Of a stretch of 64,000 nt of DNA, positions 25,701 through 39,363 are shown piece by piece. Within the stretch, counting starts at the first letter, position 1, and each line of letters starts with the position of its first letter. This DNA comes from Lingula anatina (Eukaryota; Animalia; Brachiopoda), in the NCBI GenBank assembly GCA_051362555.1, contig CM120641.1, positions 25,674,401 through 25,738,400 on the forward strand, in the 5' to 3' direction. Below the pieces are notes generated by a model. It was given only the letters and a program-made list of their open reading frames with translations. It was not told the origin of the DNA and did not search any database. The position numbers and the translations under genes are program-made.

Positions 25701-28700
25701 ATAAGTATCTTCTAATATATAATGTACGTATATAGTTAGGGTGCTGCACCAAACAAAATTGTACTAGTTTGAATGTTTTTTGATAAACAACTATATTATC
25801 AGGATTGCCAAACACATAGTATGTGTTCATACTGTAAGAAGAAATAGACAAATAAAATAAATAATTGAATAAAAGGATGATAAAGACAGGCATTCTTATG
25901 AGCATAGGCATTTCTGTTAGTAGTTACCAAGGCTTTTAAAGCTCAAAGAATAATTCAATTTGCAGTACTTCATTGTAGATCAATTTTCATTACCCTAGTT
26001 CTATCAATATCACCAAGTTGACATAGAAGTGGATGAATTATCTTCCAATTAAGTTTCAAGTACTGGGATCACAGGAAACACTCGGTCTTCACTGGTATTG
26101 AATATGTGTCATCAGAATTTAAAGCTAACACGTTATCTATATATTTTATTGACACGTACTGAATAATGAAGTGGTGGAAACATTGGCCTCATTTATATGC
26201 TGCTTGTGTCCCAACAGAGCAAGTACCTTAGGTGTAAAATTTTTCACTCATTTTTTTTTATCGCGTCTTCATCAGTTTCCCATCATCACCATCAATCTTT
26301 CAATAAAGCCAAAAAGTTGAAAAAGTCTGAAAAGTGTCACTGAACCTATGAGAGGTTCCTGCTGAGCATTGGGTAAATAAGCAGACCATCAGTTCACCGT
26401 ATAATTATTACACTTCTATAAATTTAAGTAGATAAATGGAGAGTTTGGAGAACACAGAGTTTGTGAATACCCACAGTTTGTTAGTATCATGGACTCTGAC
26501 TCTGTTTAGGACAAATAGGATTGATGATTAAACCAGTTTTCTGCATGGCCCACTTTTTCATATTGATCTTTTGGTGAATGCTGTATAGCTAGGTCTGCTA
26601 GTTCAGTTGAGAATTTTTTTTTAAAATCTAATAAGTATTACAAGAGTGTTATGCCAAAGGTGTGCCTGAATTTACTTTGTGCATGATGGTCTTAGACTTA
26701 AAGACAGAAAATGTTAGTCTGTTTGGTCCTGGATTAATTATTAATAGCTTATTAGTATATTATCAGGGATTGCCAAGCACATTGTATGTATTCATACTAA
26801 AGAATACTTCAATATGCAGTAGACTGAATGATAATGTAAGGCCCATTTCACAAAGTTAAAAAAATAACTAATACTTTAGATTGATAGTAAATAAACGTAA
26901 GTGGAATACTGCAGGAGTTTTTGTGAAACTGGACACAGTTACTCTCATAATTACTACAAGAACAACCTGCACGTCTTGCTGTAATTTATTTTGTGCGTGT
27001 TGGCTCCTGGTGCACTTTCTACTGAAATATTCACTGAATGAATTATATGCCATGTATTTGAAATGTGTTGTTCTATAAAGCCTGGCCCAGTTTAAAAAAC
27101 AAAAGATGAACTGATGAACATGTATTTGAAATGTGTTGTTCTACAAAACCTGGGCCATTAAAAAAAAAAAAAAAAAAAAAAAAGATGAACTGGAATTGGC
27201 ATTGTAATAGCTAATGCAAGGCATTGTTGCATTTTATATTGGATATTTGATTAATCTGTACAACATAGCTGTGTCTTTCTTTAGCTTAACTCTTATTTCT
27301 TTGGAGTATAATTGTGTATTGAACAACTTGGCCTTTGTAACCTACCTACAGATAAAAGACAGGACATGCATATGTAGAAACCTATGCACTGGTACTAAAA
27401 AAGACTGCAGTACACTGCCGTTGATGATCTTTGGATTCAATCCTTACGTTTCTGTTCAGCTGTATATATTTATGTAGTGATACAAGTGAGAGCATTGCTC
27501 ATTGTTGACACTGATAGCCTATGAAATTTTTATCTCGTTTCACATTTGTATAAGGACAAAGTGAAAGAAATTCTATGAACACACTTAGTTTTGTTGATGA
27601 TGAACCATAGTATAATCTCTTGATGATTACAGTTTGTGTATAGAGATTGAGTTTAAATGGACTGATTCATATGAATGAGGTTGTAAAAGTGTAACATAAG
27701 TGTATATCTTTTGAATCACAGTTCTTATTATTTTCATTTTTATGTACAGACACAGATGTGTCTGTACATATTGCCATCACCTGCGTCTGTCGTCGCCGTC
27801 GTCGCCAGCGCCGTGCACTTTCCTTGTAAACACGATAAGTGGAAGGCAGTTTTACTTTTTGGCTTTATATTTACAGAGCTGATGAATATTCATAAAACGC
27901 AGGTCAAGTTCGAAAATCAGCATGATCGGGCCATTATTGTTGAAGTTATGCTGTTTTTTCACTTTTCAGCATAAATGCAACACTGTAAACACATTTCAAG
28001 GAAAACCGATAGGACTGTTGTCATGAAACTCACAGGAGTAATCGATCCTAGTAAAACGCAGGTCAAGTTCGAAAATCGGCATGATCGGGCCACTATTTTA
28101 GTAGTTATGCTGTTTTTTCATTTTTCAGCATATATGCAACACTGTTAACACAATATAAGAAAAACAGATGGGCCAATTGTCATTAAACTCACAGGAGTGG
28201 TCAATCTTACTAAAACGCAGGTTGAGTTCCAAAATCAGCATAATCGGGCCATTATTTTAGAAGTTATACTGTTTTTTCACATTTCCTCAGATTCAATTCT
28301 TAGGCATGTTAACAGTCTTATTGTTTTACTAATAAGATACATAAAAGTGTTTGTTTGACATTTCCTGCATCTTTACAACATTGTAAGTTGATTATGTAAA
28401 AATGATGGTAAACTTGTTATCGTGTATTGTGTAATAAAGTGTCAAAAATGGAAATAAACTCATATCATTGCAGTTTGTCAGATTCAATCATTCACTATGT
28501 TCAGAATCTCAGAATGGAGGAAATTGGACATTTAACACTGTTGTATTGATATTTTTTCCATCTCATCAATTTTCTTAGTTGATCATATAAAAATTGCAGT
28601 AAACTGTTTATTTTGTTTTATGTTAAAAAAAGTGTTAAAAATGGAAATAAACCCATGTCAGAACAGTGCTGTCTTGTTTCACATTTCCTCAGATTCAATT

Positions 28701-30968
28701 CTTAGGCATGTTAACAGTCTCATTATTTAACTAATAAGACATGTAAAAGTGTTTGGTTGACATTTCCTGCATCTTTACAACATTATTAGTTGATTACGTA
28801 AAAATGATGGTAAACTTGTTATCATGTATTGTGTAATAAAGTGTCAAAAATGGAAATAAACTCATATCATTGCAGTTTGTCAGATTCAATCATTCACTAT
28901 GTTCAGAATCTCAGAATGGAGGAAATTGGACATTTAACACTGTTGTATTGATATTTTCCCCATCTCATCAATTTTCTTAGTTGATCGTATAAAAATGGCA
29001 GTAACCTGTAAATTTTGTTTTATGTTAAAAAAATTGTTAAAAATGAAAAAAAAAAAAACAAAAAAAAAAAAAAAAACATTTCAGAACAGTTCTGTCTTTG
29101 TTTACATTTTGGCATTTTCAAGTTGTGACTTTGAAGTTCCATGGGCCTGAAGACCTTTGCTAGTCACATTTTCTGAATATCCATGATACTAATATTTTAT
29201 TATTAAAATTAATGGTCATTATGCTGTTAAACATTATGTAATATTCCATCAAAATTAAAAAAAAAAAACTATTTTGGGCACTGCTCCCATGATGACCATT
29301 TAAGAAAAAACCATGTCACTTACTGTTCTCAAACAGTACAGTAAATAAGTACAGATGTGTCTGTACATATTGCCATCACCTGCGTCTGTCGTCGCCGTCA
29401 CTGTCGCTGGCGCTGGCGCCGTGCACTTTCATTGTTAACACGATAAGTGGAAGGCAGTTTTACTTTTTGGCTGTATATTTACAGAGCTGATGAATATTCA
29501 TAAAATGCAGGTCAAGTTCGAAAATCAGCATGATCGGGCCATTATTGTAGAAGTTACGCTGTTTTTTCACTTTTCAGCATATATGCAACACTGTAAACAC
29601 ATTTCAAGGAAAACCGATTGGCCTTTTGTCATGAAATTCAAAGGAGTAATCGATCTTACTATAACACAGGTCAAGTTCGAAAAATCCGCATGATGGGGCC
29701 ACTATTTTAGTAGTTATGCTGTTTTTTACACTTTTCAGCATATATGCAACACTGTAAACACAATATAAGAAAAACAGATAGGCCAATTGTCATTAAACTC
29801 ACAGGAGTGGTCATTCCTGCTAAAACGCAGGTTGAGTTCAAAAATCAGCATAATCGGGCCATTATTTTAAAGAAATGCCGTTTTTTCACATTTCCTCAGA
29901 TTAAATTTTTAGGCATGTTAACAGTTTCAATTTTTAATTAATAAGATACGTAAAAGTGTTTGTTTGGCATTCCCTGCATCTTTACAACATCATTACTTGA
30001 TTATGTAAAAATGATGGTAAACTTGTTATGGTGTATTGTGTAATAAAGTGTCAAAAATGGAAATAAACTCATATCATTGCAGTTTGTCAGATTCAATCAT
30101 TCACTATGTTCAGAATCTCAGAATGGAAGAAATTGGACATTTAACACTGCTCTATTAATATTTTTCCCATCTCATCAATTTTCTTAGTTGATCATATAAA
30201 AATGGCAGTAACCTGTTAATTTTGTTTTTATGTTAGAAATTGATAAAACTGGGAAAAAAAAAACATTTCAGAACATTGCTGTCTTGTTTACATTTTGGCA
30301 TTTTCAAGTTGTGACTTTGAAGTTCCATGGGTCTGAAGACCTTTGCTAGTCACATTTTCTGAATATCCATAATACTAATATTTTATTATTAAAATTGATG
30401 GTCATTATGCTGTTAAACATTATGTAATATTGCATCAAAATTTAAAAAAAAAACCATTTTGGGCACTGCTCCCATGATGACCATTTAAGAAAACCCATGT
30501 CAGTTACTGTTCTCAAACTTACAGGAAAGAAACATGGGACTAAAATTCCTCTTCAGTAGGCAATGCAGTCTGTTTGGTAATTCTTACTGCCAGTTAAACA
30601 TTTTCACATATTGGCATTTTCAAGGTGTGACTTTGAAGTTCCATGGGCTTGTTTATTATTGCATCAAAATTGGCAAAATTACCTCTTTCGCATCCTTTTT
30701 TCTGTTATTTTGTCTGTACATTTGACAGCTTTGCTGCCTTGTTTTTATTATTTGTATTTTTGTGGAAAATATTAGTAATAAAGAACAGATTCTAAAACAT
30801 TTTTATTTTTACTCTTGTATTCCCTAACATTACAGATGATATCTACCAACAAAGTGATTGATAAATGTAATGATTGTCTGAATTTGTGATTGATTGATTG
30901 ATTGATTGACATCTTAGTCATTTTGACATGCATGCACGCACGCATGCATGCATGCGCACACACACACG

Positions 30969-31000
<32 letters not shown>

Positions 31001-34000
31001 AATTATCATAGATCTAAAAATGTCACTCTATTCTGTTCTAGCCCTGGTGCTCTGCTGCCAAATTTGATGTATTTTCACACAAGAAAAAAGGTAAGTCACT
31101 GACAGTGTGACATGATGTCAATTCAAAATATTTTGTATTTTCACACAAGGAAAAGGCACTGACAGTGTGGCATGCTGTCAATACATAACATTGCTGTAGT
31201 AAACACCACCTTTGTTCCCCAGTCCAGTTGTCTGCAGACAGATATGGCCAAGTTACTTAATAAGTGCACTGATTTTTCAGTGAACCATGTTGTAAATATA
31301 CTATCATAGCCTCTCACTGAGCCTCCAAGATTTAACTTCTGTGAAGTAAATTATTTAAAAAAATTCCTAGACACATACTAACTCCTGTCAACATATTGTC
31401 ACACATTATTATTGAAGTCAATAGTTCAGTTTTACTTCCTGAATGGAAAATTTCCCAGTTGAATATATCTTGCAGTGATCTGGGCCACAAGGTGATTAGA
31501 TAAAACATGTCATCATGCTGTTAGCTTTGATCAGTATTAATATTAGGTAGACCTAAGCTAAGGCTGGACTAAGATCACTATTATTCCTATTATCTGAGAT
31601 GAAAAGTGTGAATGTTGGTGTTATGGTGTAATCCTTATTGCTAGAATATGTGTGGATGATTAAAACTCATAACAGTTGTGCTTGAGCAGTAACAACTTAT
31701 TTCTCTTCTTGTCTTTCATTTAAGAAATTGAATATTAAAAATAGTTTGGATTTAGATATGGTGTATATGAAAGGGATTAAAATGACTTTCGCAAGTAGTA
31801 CCGGTAGCATGTGATTTTCAACAGTTTTGCCCTACATTTCCATTCTTCAGAGGTTTTGGATGCGACTTGTGCTGGCATTAGATCATAAGAAGAAATAAGT
31901 AGAATAAGTTAAAAAGACTAATTTGGATCTTATAATTCATGGTACAAGTGCACCAGTCATAAAATATTTAAGCACAAATATATATTTTTTAATCATTATT
32001 CCAGAAAGAGCCAGAGGTGATAAAAATGCACAAGGCATGTCCAGTTTGTGGTGAGGACACGTGTGAAAGACACAGGTAAGGTGAAACATCAGGGTACAGT
32101 ATGGCTTTCAACACAAAACAATTCAAATTAGCAATAAAATAGGAATAATGAAGTCCCATGTACAAGTGATCAGTGCTTTAGTATTTTGAAAGCCTCCAAA
32201 GAATCGCCCAGAAAATCTGAAATATGTATATCTCTAACCAAGATTGTTTTTATAATGTAATTCAAATGACTGTGTTCTGTCATCATATAAGACATATCTG
32301 TATCATTTATTTAGATGATTTATTTATTACATAACCTAGGCCAGAGTTAAATATAGTAGTTAACCAGCCATGGACAGAGCTCAAAATACCACGCAAAGTG
32401 GACAGTGCAATAGAACAGGTAGGTAGAATTCAGTGGTCGCAGAATTCTAAAGATAATAAAGACATGGTTAGATTATTAGGCATATTTGCTAAGTGGTAAG
32501 GGACTAGATTTACTTATATGTTTCTTCTCATTTAAGACATTGTATTAGTTTGTTCAAAGGAATCTCACATATATTATATAAGGAATGTCTTCTTTGCTCT
32601 TTTCTAGACACTTTGCTTTATAGACATTCCAGTTTTTGTTTCATTTTCTTATGTCTAGTACTTTAAAAACTTTTCTTTGCAGTTTCTAAACTTGGTGTTG
32701 GAGAATTTTGTATATACATGGTACAGGTATGTAAATAATGAATGTTGAAAAGAAAAAAGATGGCAATGATAATATGCTATTTACATGTATTTTTTTTAAT
32801 ATATAAGAAATAAAAAAGTGTGTGGAATATAAAGAATGATATGAAATATTTAAAAAGTTTTTTGGGCTATTTGCAGGGATTTGAGTCAAGATGAAGCATT
32901 TGTGGATGAACTACGAACCAGCCTCCGATTCATAGTTGCAGTATTTTTAAGGAGGTTAAAAAAGGTAAAGGGTTAATTCCTGACATTTTCTTTCCTTATG
33001 ATCAGTTATTGGCTTTCTGATATTTTGATTAAGCTAAGAATTGTGATATTTTGCAGTTTTTCATTATTTTTCAAGGTAAGAATTTTTAAAAAATGAACTA
33101 TTCACTGAAAAGTAGGGATTGGTTACTTTGTTTCAGGTGAATTTGTGGGTAGAACTTACATATAAAATGCACATTTTAGTAATACAGATTGTATGTACAC
33201 AAATACATATTTGAGTCTGTATTTAAGAATCATCCCTTTTAAAACAGGTTCCTTTTGAAAATTTACATGATTGGATTAATTATGCAAAAATTCTCTACTG
33301 GAATATGTCTGTTTTTGTTAAAATGGATTATTTAGCATTACTTATTTTTTTGTTAAGTGTCTGTATATTTACCGGTTTTGCGGTCTAGTTTCTTATAGTG
33401 ATGTTGGCTCATATTTTCAGATTGATTTACCTTCCATTATAACAGACAAACTTATTAAGGCAGGGATGAGGCATCTTCAGATTTGTATGGCAGTAAAAGA
33501 CACTGGTATGTTTAATGTTTGACAGCCATGAAGAAGATAAACATTGGAATTAATACTTGAGTTTTGCATAGAATGATTATTCCATTTTAAAAGTCAATGC
33601 TAAGGCGTTAAGAAAACAGATGCAAAATTGTTATAAGATTTACATTAAAGGTACATACAAACCGAGCATCGGTGGAGCGTGGATTCCCAGTAACACATGT
33701 AAACCACTTCTACTAGATTCTTATATGACTCCAATAAATTTGACATGCCAAGGGATAAACTGAATAGATCACTCATCCATAAAAGACCTTTAGACTGCTC
33801 CTTTCTTTAAATTTTTGGTTGTAAATTATCCTACTTTCATGACCTACTTTCCTGCCCCATTGAATGCCAGCAGAAAAATACGTTCAAACATCATTTTCGG
33901 GTAAAATTAAACAATGCCTTTTGGTAATTCTCTTAGTTATACTACTTGAAACTATATGCTGGCATTTGGTTGATGTTTGGGGCAAAAAATTGACTTTGTA

Positions 34001-37000
34001 TGCATCTTTAAGTTCTTACAAAGGATGATTGGACATTGCTGTAAAGAATGGTGTGTAAAGGTTAACTTAAAAGTATTTGGTTTCGCACTAATTAGGTCTT
34101 GCAAAAGATGATGGATCATTTCAAAGAGCTGTGCTCAGTTATTATGGCCCCTATCTCCACTGTGCCATGGTCAGCAGAAACCAGGAGTTACAATATCTCA
34201 GAAAAGTAACAGAGAACCTGTTTCCTCATATTCTGTCGGAGAGGGCTTTGCAGAGCAAGTGAGTTAATTTTGTCTTTGTTTTAGTCAAATACTTAGATAT
34301 TTCTTACCAAATCCTTGCTATATCGGCTGATTGATTGTAGAGGTAATTATTTTAAGCATTTGGTAAAAAATATTGTGTATTAGGATGCGTCTAAATATTT
34401 CAGTTGGTTTTTAAAATTTAATCAGCTAAGTTGTTGCTTCTTAGGTTAAGATCTTGGAATACCTTGTTTTTGATGATATTGACTGATCTGAAAGTATATT
34501 CATTTCACTTTGTCTTTTATTTTTTAACATATAAGAATATCATTTTGGAACTTGATCTTATTAGATGCTCAAAAAGAAGCAATTTATGTTTCAGAAGTCT
34601 TCATTTAGACCTAGATTTTTGGTCATTTTATTATCCTTAAATTTTCCATTGTAGTGAATAACTGATTGCTTTTTGTATAAAATCATATTTTCAGAAGCCT
34701 TTGTTCATTACTGCGAGAGGTCTTAGCAGGTTCTGTATTGCTGCCGGGAATGGATAAAATAGCAGAGCCGGTAAGCTCATTTACTTCTTCTTACTATTAT
34801 GGTAATAACAATATTTATAAGTGGCTTATGTTGTAGAATGACATATTATTGAGATGGTATTGATGAACATAATTATTGATTTGATCTTTGTGCTATATTG
34901 ACATGCACTTAATGTTTAGTACAATCAGGACTGTTCCTGATCTTAAAACATGAATTAACGTAGTTGCTATCCCTAGATAGAACATGGGCTCTTTACAAGT
35001 AAACAGTGAGCACAATCTTTTACAAGGTGTTCTCCCCCTCTTTTAGTTAAGGCTGAAGTATTTCAACTATTGTATACAGTTTTATTATGACTGTATAATC
35101 TTGGTTATTTTATATCTGACTCAGTTGGGTCAGCAAATTTTTTTCTAATATAACCTCAACCAGTGCTTGCTAACACATGAGAATCCCAAGATAATACTAC
35201 TCAATGAACAGCAATATTAACTTGGAGAAAAAATCAATTTCTATTACATTTCTGTCCATTGGGAGTTTGAGGCTTATACATTTGAAGAACTATTAAGCTG
35301 GCTTATTTGATTTGTTCAGTACTTTAACACCATTCACTCAGTCTGTAACACATGTTGCTTTAGATTACTGTGAAATATAAAAAATAATTTGAACTATAAA
35401 CGCTCTCAGAGAGCCCCTACCAAGGCTCATTATTGTTATTTAATCAATAAATTAACAGCATAATCACTAATTGATTCTAAGTAAGCCCATTTTTGACTTT
35501 TCCAGAATTTTTCCATAACTTTTTGAGTTGGGCTGTGAACTATTAAGAAACCAATGCTGGAAAAATCTTATTTTCTAATCTGATGCTAGTATGATTTTAT
35601 ATCATTTTTTTATGTCAGGATTTTGTCAACAATCTGTTGTTGGTGTTTGTGGATCCCGAGCCTCCGCCTGAAAACCCAGACCCACCCACTGATCTCGTCT
35701 GTATTTTAGCCAACTTCAGCAAAGTAAAAAGTAAAAACCAGTCAGTAAGTATATTAAAATGGAAAAATAATTGAATAAAAATGCTTTTTGTTTTTATAAA
35801 ATCAGTCTTTTAAATTGCCAATAACAGTTTTTGACTTAGCTCTAATATAAAGGTGAATATACCTGGCATTTGTATTGTTTTAGTGTTTCCTGACCTGTAA
35901 CTTCCAGTATTTGTGTTTTTCTACTGAGTATTGGGGCACTTAGCTTAAATGGGCATTTTATTGTTTTATTCAGTTGTCTGCAGCTTGAATGAATTATTTT
36001 TTCAGAGGGAGAGGGGCACTATTGATAGAGATTTTGGGGAGAGGGACTCAACATATTTGCAGATTATTCTATATCACTTAGAAGTATTCCACCACATTAA
36101 CAACATCCTTCAAGTTTTTGAAATGAAAGCAAAGCAGAATAATGAACTTATTTGTCAGTAAGGTCAAAGTATTGAAACCATTCCCATTAATAGTATCAAT
36201 ATTTTGTTTTCAAGGCACTACGACCTGAGCTGAAGGAAATTTTAGACAATACTGAATTATTATTTCCCTTTATGCAGTTCCTCAAGGCAGAGGGTGCTGT
36301 AAATGTACTTCAGTTTTATTTTGCTCTTGGTGAGTGTTTTGGTAGGTGCTTTAAAGATTTCATGACAGAGAGTGTGAAATACTTTCACCTCTTGAAAATA
36401 TTTAGATGGATTCATGTAATTTTTGACACTCATATTTTGTGAAGGTTTTAGCAAAGTTTTACCAGTCTAAAATATGATACAAAAAAGTTTGAACCCATTA
36501 TCACCTTTCAGATGTGGATGCATCAGACCAAAAATAAATCTTACAGTGAAAATTTTTTTTCCAGAGGATTTTAACAAAAAATTGATTAGGCCAGAGCTGA
36601 GTGATGCAGATGTACGTCTTCTACACAAAGATATTTTACATATATACAACAGCTATTGTGCGGAGGGGGCCTTTGATAAAATACAGCTAGCCCCAGATAT
36701 TGTCAGCGAGATTAAAGAAGGTAAAGCTTGTACACCCATTGAGTAAGGCTTTTGAAATCAAAATTCACTGAAACTTTTAATGATACTTGAAGTCTGTTGT
36801 TGGATTGATTTTGTGGCCTTCAGGCTGAGTTCATCATTTTTTCTTTTTTTCGTGATATTCATATTTTGATGATTTTAGACACAATTCAAACTGTTTTCAT
36901 TCCATGTTCACATTTTCAGTTGTTGAAAGTCCACCAGATGAAGTGAAAAGATTACAACGGTCAAGCTCCATGTTCAGGTATTGTGACTGTTGAAGTTTTT

Positions 37001-39317
37001 GTATTAAGTAGAATCTATCTATGTCTATGCGGGTTTTACCTGTTCTCTCCACTGCTAGAACTGTAATATGCACCAGGATGAAGTTTCTCTTTAGTAAATT
37101 GATGCTACATTTCTGTATCGCTTGTTGCTAACCAAAGTAGATATTTGACCATGCTATGATGATATTATTGTGTTTTATTTATGTTTGCTGTTATTCTTAC
37201 AGGGCCTTTGATCATGCCTATGATTTATTAGAAGAAACATTCCTTCCATTATTTTTGCAGAGCAATGATGTGAGTGGATGTATTGCATTTGTAATATGTT
37301 GGCAACTTTATTATCTTTGCCAACTTGGAATTATAATCTTAGTAAAATTTCTATTTCAAAGTGTTTTCTTATTAATGGTGCATGAAACACCTAGAGATAT
37401 ACTTGTGAATTTTTAATTATTTGTATGTTGTCTTTCATTCTATAAACCTTAATAAAGTATTCTGTGTTACAAGGATTCTGTAAAATGTATGTTGTTCTAC
37501 AAACCTAGTTTTTTTGTATGTAGGGATATTTGGACATTTTAAATGAACATTTTGGAAAGTAAGACTGTAGATCGACTCCACAAAATGAAAAGAGATATTT
37601 GCCCATTTCACTTTCAGTATTATACTTCACTATGTGGTGAGAGGTTGCAGAATAAGTTACAGCGCAGCAACAATCGTCAGTCAAAGAGAAAACAGGAGTT
37701 TCTGGGCAAGTTTGGTCACAGGCTAAAGGGTGTCTTTAAGAATGATACAAGTAAGTAGTTGGAAAGAACAAATATTTAAAGACAAACACTGAAGTGTAAT
37801 AAATTTGGTAGATTTATTAATACACTTAGATGTCTTATTTAATACCTTTATTTTAGACAGACCTATATCTGTTTTATATTCAGCAATACTGTTTGTAATT
37901 TCTTTTATTTTCAAGTTTCTGAACTTGGATCTTTTAGTTGAACTAAAACTAACATAAGGCTGTTGTCCTTAATGTAACTGGTAGTTGTAATACATTACAG
38001 GGCACCCAGTTAAACTACAAGGTAGAGAAATAACTTAGGTTATAAAACAGGGTGTAGTAAAAGCACTGGCACACTAGCTGGTGCAGGTGTGTTACTGCTC
38101 AGTAGGAAGACTCACAAAACGTGGCATATTTTAAAATCTTTTTCTTTATCCACTGTAACATACACTGATAACTTTCTTTCAAAGACCAGCTGGGTGAGTG
38201 GCAAAACAGTGCTTTGCTGCACCTTGATAGATATATGGCTTTGGGTTCCAATTTCCCTCCTGTAACTATCCCATTCTTTACGTCCAGCTCATCTGACTTG
38301 ATCTAGTAATAGTGTGTGTCTTTATGCCTTAGTACATTTCTGGCCTCTGTGTTCCAGAACATCTCTGCCTTTTCTCTTACTGTTAATTTTATCATTTAAT
38401 TTGTATTAAATATTATAGAAATAAATTTCATTTATTTTCACACTCAGATTTTATATGATTAATTATGTTGATCTATGTTGTTAATTTTCTTCCCTCATCA
38501 GTTTTCTTAAGATGATATTCTTTCCATGTTAATATTGCTGTTTTGATATGATATTGATTATTGTTGAAATGATACAATTTTCTTGGTTCCATATGGAAGA
38601 ATTTGAATAAACTTTTAAATATTTTAAGATGGGTTTCTGTGAAAGAAACACATGACTAGTTGCTAAACTTTAGGAAACACTTAATAAATGTTGACCTTGA
38701 ATAATTTTTAGTTGATGGAAAGATGCCAGACGAAATGCAAGTAGCAGAATCAGTGGATGAAGTTGACACTGTTTTGGTAAGAAATTTTCTCCTGTTTGAC
38801 AAGGTTTGCATTCAGCCACAACAAAAATAAAATGATAATAAATAAAAGTTGAATAATGATTATTGATGTGGAAATATTTTTATTTTCTTCAGGATATTTT
38901 CTTCTCAGATTAATGCTCAAATACATATTTATGCCACAGTTTCTTTAAACTGTTTTATTCTCAAAAATCCTTTGTTTTATCATGAATTTTTTTGCAAACT
39001 TTTTTACCATAGGCTGCAGGAGATGAGGAAGGTCTTGACATTCCAGACAGTTATGTCGACTACCAGTTAGAGTTGGATGGTGGCGCCGCCGTTAGAGATC
39101 TCAGTGCGTGGAGGGTCACAATCCCCTCTGTAGCTGTGATCCCTGATTCTGAAAACTCCAAGAAACAGAGTCACGCCTTCAAAATTCATATCAATAGGAT
39201 TGACATACCAGATGGTAAAATTTCATCACAACTCTTTTAATCGCTTTGATATGTTTTGTTATGAGGTTAAATGATGCCAATGTGATAATTATAATGCTAT
39301 CTTTGTTTTATTTGTAC

Positions 39318-39363
<46 letters not shown>

